Below, in pieces: positions 1 to 64,000 of a stretch of DNA of 64,000 nucleotides. The notes under the pieces were generated by a model. That model worked only from the letters and a program-made list of their open reading frames with translations, did not search any database and was not told where the DNA came from. Origin of the DNA: the human T2T-CHM13v2.0 reference genome, Homo sapiens; the NCBI GenBank assembly GCA_009914755.4, contig CP086569.2, forward strand, positions 31,104,001 through 31,168,000, in the 5' to 3' direction. The first letter of the stretch is position 1, and every line of letters starts with the position of its first letter. Both the position numbers and the translations under genes were made by a program.

Positions 1-148
1 CACCAGCTGCCACCATGCCTAGCTAATTTTTTGGATTTTTAGTAGTGACAGCCTTTCACTGTATTGGCCAGGATGGTCTTGATCTCTTCACCTTGTGATC
101 CCCTTGCCTTGGCCTCCAAATTTGCTGGGATTACAGGCCTGAGCCAAG
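1..148 (-). mobile_element. Alu (partial; only the 5' half is in the window), reverse orientation, old and CpG-decayed
   Basis: The reverse complement of the Alu left monomer and A-box region ('...ccaccatgcctagctaattttttggatttttagtagtgacagcctttcactgtattggccaggatggtcttgatctc...gctgggattacaggcctgagccaag') ends at 148. Confidence 0.9.
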
Positions 149-2274
149 ATCCATATTTTTTAAATGAAAAAAAATTTCAAAGGTACTCTGCTTGGTACAA
201 TAATCAAATGTATAAACTGAGGAATAAAACATAACCATGAAACCTACTTATAACTGCATATGGAAAATACAGAGGATAATTTTTTAAATAACATATTTTG
301 AAAGCCTTAACTAGTAATTTGAAGAGTTGGCATTTGAAAGGCCAGTATGAATATACCTTCAAAGCAGCAACACAGGTTCCCCATGAGAAAAAGCAAACAC
401 AGGGAAAATAAAAACACAAAGGTTCAATCTCTTCTGACCTTTGAAAGACACAGCACAGACAGTGGTCCTTAGGACGAAGAGCAGGAGACCCCTAATTCCG
501 TCACCATGGCGATAGGGCATAAACATTGCTGGGTGAGGGCACAATCCACATTGTGAGGTCCAACTGCTGCCAGGAAGACAGGAGTGCTTTTACATAGACC
601 GAAAGGTCATTGAAGGCTCAGAGTTTTGTTTCAAGAACTGAATCCCAAGCCCACACGTTATTAGGCTGCGCTTCTTAAAACAAGTTATGAGATGGGAGAA
701 AGGGCACCCACAAACATACGTATACATTATGTATATAATAATATAGAGTGTCATATATATAATATATATAACCTATGTATAATATTGTTTTACATCCTGC
801 ATCTTATGTTATATATATCGTATAAAATATAATATTTGATAATATATAAGTTTTATAATTATACAATATGACATATAGTATATATTATAATTTATGACAT
901 ATATAATATATGTTATATATCATATATAGAATATATTATAGGGTTAATATACGTATTAAATATAAATTATACATTATATATATTATATATACTATATCTG
1001 TTATATGTAATACCCATTATGCATAATATATATATTATGTCTATGTTATATATAGTATAAAACAACATATAATAATATATAATTGTATATATAAAATGCG
1101 ACATATAATATATATTATATTTTATAACATATGTAATATATATTATATATTATATATAATACGTTGTATGTATAATACCTATATTAAATATATAATATAT
1201 GACTATGTTATTAATTACATGTCACATGTGTTATATATTATATATTTTATATAGAATATACCGGTTACATACAATATATACTATGTTACCTATAATGTAT
1301 AATTTATTACATGTAAAATAAAGAATGCAATATATTATGTATAATTTATAATATACCATATGTGGAATGTGATATATATAACATATAATATATGATATAT
1401 GATATACAGTATATGATATATAACATACAATATATGATTCCTAATATATATGGTATACAATATATATTTTATGATATGTATTCTATATGTTTTATATTCT
1501 GTTATATATAACTATTTGAAATTATATATAACTGTATAATATTTTATGTAAATATGTAATATAATATATATAACTATATAATATACTATATATAACTATA
1601 TATTATGTTATATATACTTTTATAACATAATTTACATAACATATCATAATATAATATATATTATATTATTTCATATTACATAATATATATTACATATCAC
1701 CCAATATAACTAACATACATAATATTATAATATAGATTATATTGTGTTATATTAAATATCATATATATCATGTATCATATATTCTATAATATATATTACA
1801 CATTATATAATATGTATGTTGTCTATTATGTGATATATATAACTCTATATATAATTATATTTTTATACATATAACTAGATAAACATGTAATTCTACATAT
1901 TTTCATTTATAATATGTAGAATTATATAATCATATATAATTATTTATATTCTATAAAAAATTTTATCATTCTATAAATTATAATATATAAAAATTATAAT
2001 ATGTACTACAAATATATATATTATATATCATATATGATATAGTACCTTTGTTATATATCATAATACATATAAATGTGTATTATGTTATCTATAATTATAT
2101 AATTTCATATATAAGATGTATAATATGTATCATATATTATATATGTTATGTAATATATATAGTATATATAAGATGACACAGGATAAATATTATATACTAT
2201 GACATATAAAATATATGAGGTTATATGTTACATATAAGGCATAGCACATAACATGTAATATATATCATATATAA
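1..2274. repeat. Unit U0 (partial; lacks the first ~146 bp of its Alu), subfamily I, TA-L type
   Basis: Position 1 aligns to position 2421 of the next unit (offset 2420). Contains 'atatataagttttataattatac' and 'tatattatatattatatataatacgttg'. Confidence 0.9.
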
Positions 2275-2568
2275 TTTTTTTTTAGACAGAATCTTGTCCT
2301 GTTGCACAGGGTGGGGTACAATGGCGCCATCTTTGCTCACTGCAACTTCTGCCTCACGGGACCAAGCGATTGTCCTCCCTCAGCCTCCCAGGTAGCTGGG
2401 ACTACACCACACTGGGACTACACCAGCTGCCACCATGCCTAGCTAATTTTTTGGATTTTTAGTAGTGACAGCCTTTCGCTGTATTGGCCAGGATGGTCTT
2501 GATCTCTTCACCTTGTGATCCCCTTGCCTTGGCCTCCAAATTTGCTGGGATTACAGGCCTGAGCCAAG
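2275..2568 (-). mobile_element. Alu (~294 bp), reverse orientation, old J-like and CpG-decayed, one per repeat unit
   Basis: A poly-T run (the poly-A tail on the minus strand) is followed by the reverse complement of the Alu consensus ('agacagaatcttgtcctgttgcacagggtggggtacaatggcgccatctttgctcactgcaac...gcctcccaggtagctgggactaca...'). Ends '...gctgggattacaggcctgagccaag'. 'GGGACTACA' is a J-like state. Many CpG sites are converted to TG or CA. Confidence 0.93.
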
Positions 2569-3138
2569 ATCCATATTTTTTAAATGAAAAAAAATTTCAA
2601 AGGTACTCTGCTTGGTACAATAATCAAATGTATAAACTGAGGAATAAAACATAACCATGAAACCTACTTATAACTGCATATGGAAAATACAGAGGATAAT
2701 TTTTTAAATAACATATTTTGAAAGCCTTAACTAGTAATTTGAAGAGTTGGCATTTGAAAGGCCAGTATGAATATACATTCAAAGCAGCAACACAGGTTCC
2801 CCATGAGAAAAAGCAAACACAGGGAAAATAAAAACACAAAGGTTCAATCTCTTCTGACCTTTGAAAGACACAGCACAGACAGTGGTCCTTAGGACGAAGA
2901 GCAGGAGACCCCTAATTCCGTCACCATGGCGATAGGGCATAAACATTGCTGGGTGAGGGCACAATCCACATTGTGAGGTCCAACTGCTGCCAGGAAGACA
3001 GGAGTGCTTTTACATAGACCGAAAGGTCATTGAAGGCTCAGAGTTTTGTTTCAAGAACTGAATCCCAAGCCCACACGTTATTAGGCTGCGCTTCTTCAAA
3101 CAAGTTATGAGATGGGAAAAAGGGCACCCACAAACATA
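2569..3138. other. Representative 'unique-like' segment of the unit (~570 bp); moderately AT-rich, non-Alu and not a simple repeat, of unknown derivation, with the same segment present in every unit
   Basis: It runs from the end of the Alu ('gagccaag') to 'cacaaacatacgtatacattatg'. It holds most of the unit's few non-Alu CpGs ('ccgtcaccatggcgatagg', 'gaccgaaagg', 'cacacgttattaggctgcgcttc'). It hosts the 61-aa and 71-aa minus-strand ORF artefacts. Confidence 0.7.
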
Positions 3139-16767
<13,629 letters not shown>

Positions 16768-17061
16768 TTTTTTTTTAGACAGAGTCTTGTCCTGTTGCAC
16801 AGGGTGGGGTACAATGGCGCCATCTTTGCTCACTGCAACTTCTGCCTCACGGGACCAAGCGATTGTCCTCCCTCAGCCTCCCAGGTAGCTGGGACTACAC
16901 CACACTGGGACTACACCAGCTGCCACCATGCCTAGCTAATTTTTTGGATTTTTAGTAGTGACAGCCTTTCACTGTATTGGCCAGGATGGTCTTGATCTCT
17001 TCACCTTGTGATCCCCTTGCCTTGGCCTCCAAATTTGCTGGGATTACAGGCCTGAGCCAAG
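16768..17061 (-). mobile_element. Alu copy in U7 (variant B)
   Basis: Same Alu; poly-T at 16768. Confidence 0.92.
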
Positions 17062-19178
17062 ATCCATATTTTTTAAATGAAAAAAAATTTCAAAGGTACT
17101 CTGCTTGGTACAATAATCAAATGTATAAACTGAGGAATAAAACATAACCATGAAACCTACTTATAACTGCATATGGAAAATACAGAGGATAATTTTTTAA
17201 ATAACATATTTTGAAAGCCTTAACTAGTAATTTGAAGAGTTGGCATTTGAAAGGCCAGTATGAATATACCTTCAAAGCAGCAACACAGGTTCCCCATGAG
17301 AAAAAGCAAACACAGGGAAAATAAAAACACAAAGGTTCAATCTCTTCTGACCTTTGAAAGACACAGCACAGACAGTGGTCCTTAGGACGAAGAGCAGGAG
17401 ACCCCTAATTCCGTCACCATGGCGATAGGGCATAAACATTGCTGGGTGAGGGCACAATCCACATTGTGAGGTCCAACTGCTGCCAGGAAGACAGGAGTGC
17501 TTTTACATAGACCGAAAGGTCATTGAAGGCTCAGAGTTTTGTTTCAAGAACTGAATCCCAAGCCCACACGTTATTAGGCTGCGCTTCTTAAAACAAGTTA
17601 TGAGATGGGAAAAAGGGCACCCACAAACATACGTATACATTATGTATATAATAATATACAGTGTCATATATATAATATATATAACCTATGTATAATATTG
17701 TTTTACATCCTGCATCTTATGTTATATATATTGTATAAAATATAATAATTGATAATATATGTTTTATAATTATACAATATGACATATAGTATATATTATA
17801 ATTAATGACATATATAATATATGTTATATGTCATATATAGAATATATTATACGGTTAATATACGTGTTAAATATAAATTATACATTATATATATTATATA
17901 TAATATATCTGTTATATATAATACCCATTATGCATAATATATATATTATGTCTATGTTATATATAGTATAAAACAACATATAATAATATATAATTGTATA
18001 TATAAAATGCGACATATAATATATATTATATTTTATAACATATGTAATATATATTATATATAATACGTTGTATGTATAATACCTATATTAAATATATATT
18101 ATATGACTATGTTATTAATTACATGTCACATGTGTTATATATTATATATTTTACATAGAATATACCGGTTACATACAATATATACTATGTTACCTATAAT
18201 GTATAATTTATTACATGTAAAATAAAGAATGCAATATATTATGTATAATTTATAATATACCATATGTGGAATGTGATATATATAACATATAATATATGAT
18301 ATATGATATACAGTATATGATATATAACATACAATATATGATTCCTAATATATATGGTATACAATATATATTTTATGATATGTATTCTATATGTTTTATA
18401 TTCTGTTATATATAACTATTTGAAATTATATATAACTGTATAATATTTTATGTAAATATGTAATATAATATATATAACTATATAATATACTATATATAAC
18501 TATATATTATGTTATATATACTTTTATAACATAATTTACATAAAATATCATAATATAATATATATTATATTATTTCATATTACATAATATATATTACATA
18601 TCACCCAATATAACTAACATACATAATATTATAATATAGATTATATTGTGTTATATTAAATATCATATATATCATGTATCATATATTCTATAATATATAT
18701 TACACATTATATAATATGTATGTTGTCTATTATGTGATATATATAACTATATATATAATTATATTTTTATACATATAACTAGATAAACATGTAATTCTAC
18801 ATATTTTCATTTATAATATGTAGAATTATATAATCATATATAATTATTTATATTCTATAAAAAATTTTATCATTCTATAAATTATAATATATAAAAATTA
18901 TAATATGTACTACAAATATATATATTATATATCATATATGATATAGTACCTTTGTTATATATCATAATACATATAAATGTGTATTATGTTATCTATAATT
19001 ATATAATTTCATATATAAGATGTATAATATGTATCATATATTATATATGTTATGTAATATATATAGTATATATAAGATGACACAGGATAAATATTATATA
19101 CTATGACATATAAAATATATGAGGTTATATGTTACATATAAGGCATAGCACATAACATGTAATATATATCATATATAA
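16768..19178. repeat. Unit U7, 2411 bp, subfamily I, Alu-B + TA-S
   Basis: Landmarks at 16768 and 19179. Carries the 'gacagagtcttg' variant at the Alu start. Confidence 0.9.

Positions 19179-64000
<44,822 letters not shown>

Noticed and set aside
359-544. A 61-aa minus-strand ORF (MCPHPAMFMPYRHGDGIRGLL...) present in all 27 units, plus an overlapping 71-aa minus-strand ORF (204-419 and its copies) present only in the first ~13 units
   Set aside because: Their recurrence is explained entirely by tandem duplication of the unit. Differences between copies are predominantly amino-acid-changing (P to R, V to D, V to G, VF to EF/SF, MP to TH). The 71-aa frame is destroyed in subfamily II. The ORFs are short, and no start context, splice or promoter signals are evident. 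Within a heterochromatic satellite they are most plausibly noncoding.
2560-2640. A-rich and T-rich runs right after the Alu 5' end ('atccatattttttaaatgaaaaaaaatttcaaagg') as a possible second poly-A tail or target-site duplication
   Set aside because: No matching direct repeat was found at the other Alu flank ('catatataattttttttt|agacag'). It is most simply part of the AT-rich flanking sequence. The target-site duplications may have been eroded or lost by later rearrangement.
2569-3138. A CpG island or promoter in the unique-like segment
   Set aside because: Only a handful of CpGs occur, with no GC-rich stretch. TATA-like strings are ubiquitous in the adjacent TA-block and carry no information.

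Overview
All 64 kb is one eukaryotic (primate, very likely human) tandem macrosatellite array, and it contains no protein-coding genes and no prokaryotic-style system. By established knowledge (not searched here), the unit size, the one-Alu-per-repeat layout and the HSat1-like TA-rich block match the male-specific 2.4-2.47 kb 'satellite I' repeat known as DYZ2 / HSat1B (Yq12, minor copies on acrocentric short arms); this is a candidate identity, confidence about 0.55.

The repeat unit recurs about 26.4 times, head to tail, and is 2,405-2,422 bp long (mostly 2,411 or 2,420 bp). Each unit has three parts:
- an old, CpG-decayed Alu of about 294 bp on the minus strand, with its poly-T tail at the unit start;
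- a moderately AT-rich 'unique-like' segment of about 570 bp;
- a degenerate TA-rich block of about 1.55 kb, overwhelmingly A+T, that contains motifs such as 'acataaaatatca' and 'acccaatataa'.

The array has higher-order structure in two domains.
- Domain I (about 1-31 kb) holds units that are more than 99% alike, arranged as a two-unit higher-order repeat of 4,831 bp. A 2,420-bp 'L' unit alternates with a 2,411-bp 'S' unit, and each carries a linked Alu variant. This phase breaks down after about 16.7 kb.
- Domain II (about 31-64 kb) is a second unit subfamily marked by many fixed differences. It is a patchwork of near-identical segments recurring at 4,840-bp, 7,260-bp and 19,351-bp offsets. 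The largest is a block of at least 12.4 kb (about 32.25-44.65 kb) that reappears about 19.35 kb downstream (about 51.6-64.0 kb) with only rare mismatches. This pattern indicates repeated unequal exchange or gene conversion, or an assembly artefact.

Units 12-13 (about 28.8-33.7 kb) mix subfamily I and II character states: U12 is mostly subfamily I with private and some II-like variants, and U13 is a true hybrid. The ORF-track entries of 61, 71, 65 and 114 aa are repeat-copied noncoding artefacts.

Variant nomenclature used in the features:
- Alu-A = '...ccatctCtgctcac...cacgggTccaagcg'.
- Alu-B = '...ccatctTtgctcac...cacgggAccaagcg'.
- TA-L = contains 'atatataagttttataattatac' and 'tatattatatattatatataatacgttg'.
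- TA-S = the same sites shortened by 2 bp and 7 bp ('atatatgttttataattatac', 'tatattatatataatacgttg').
- Subfamily II markers = 'caaactcaggg', 'aaaaccacaaagg', 'gatacctaat', 'cccaatataagtaac', 'ttttatgacatatg', 'aaaaattatatcattatataaatt'.
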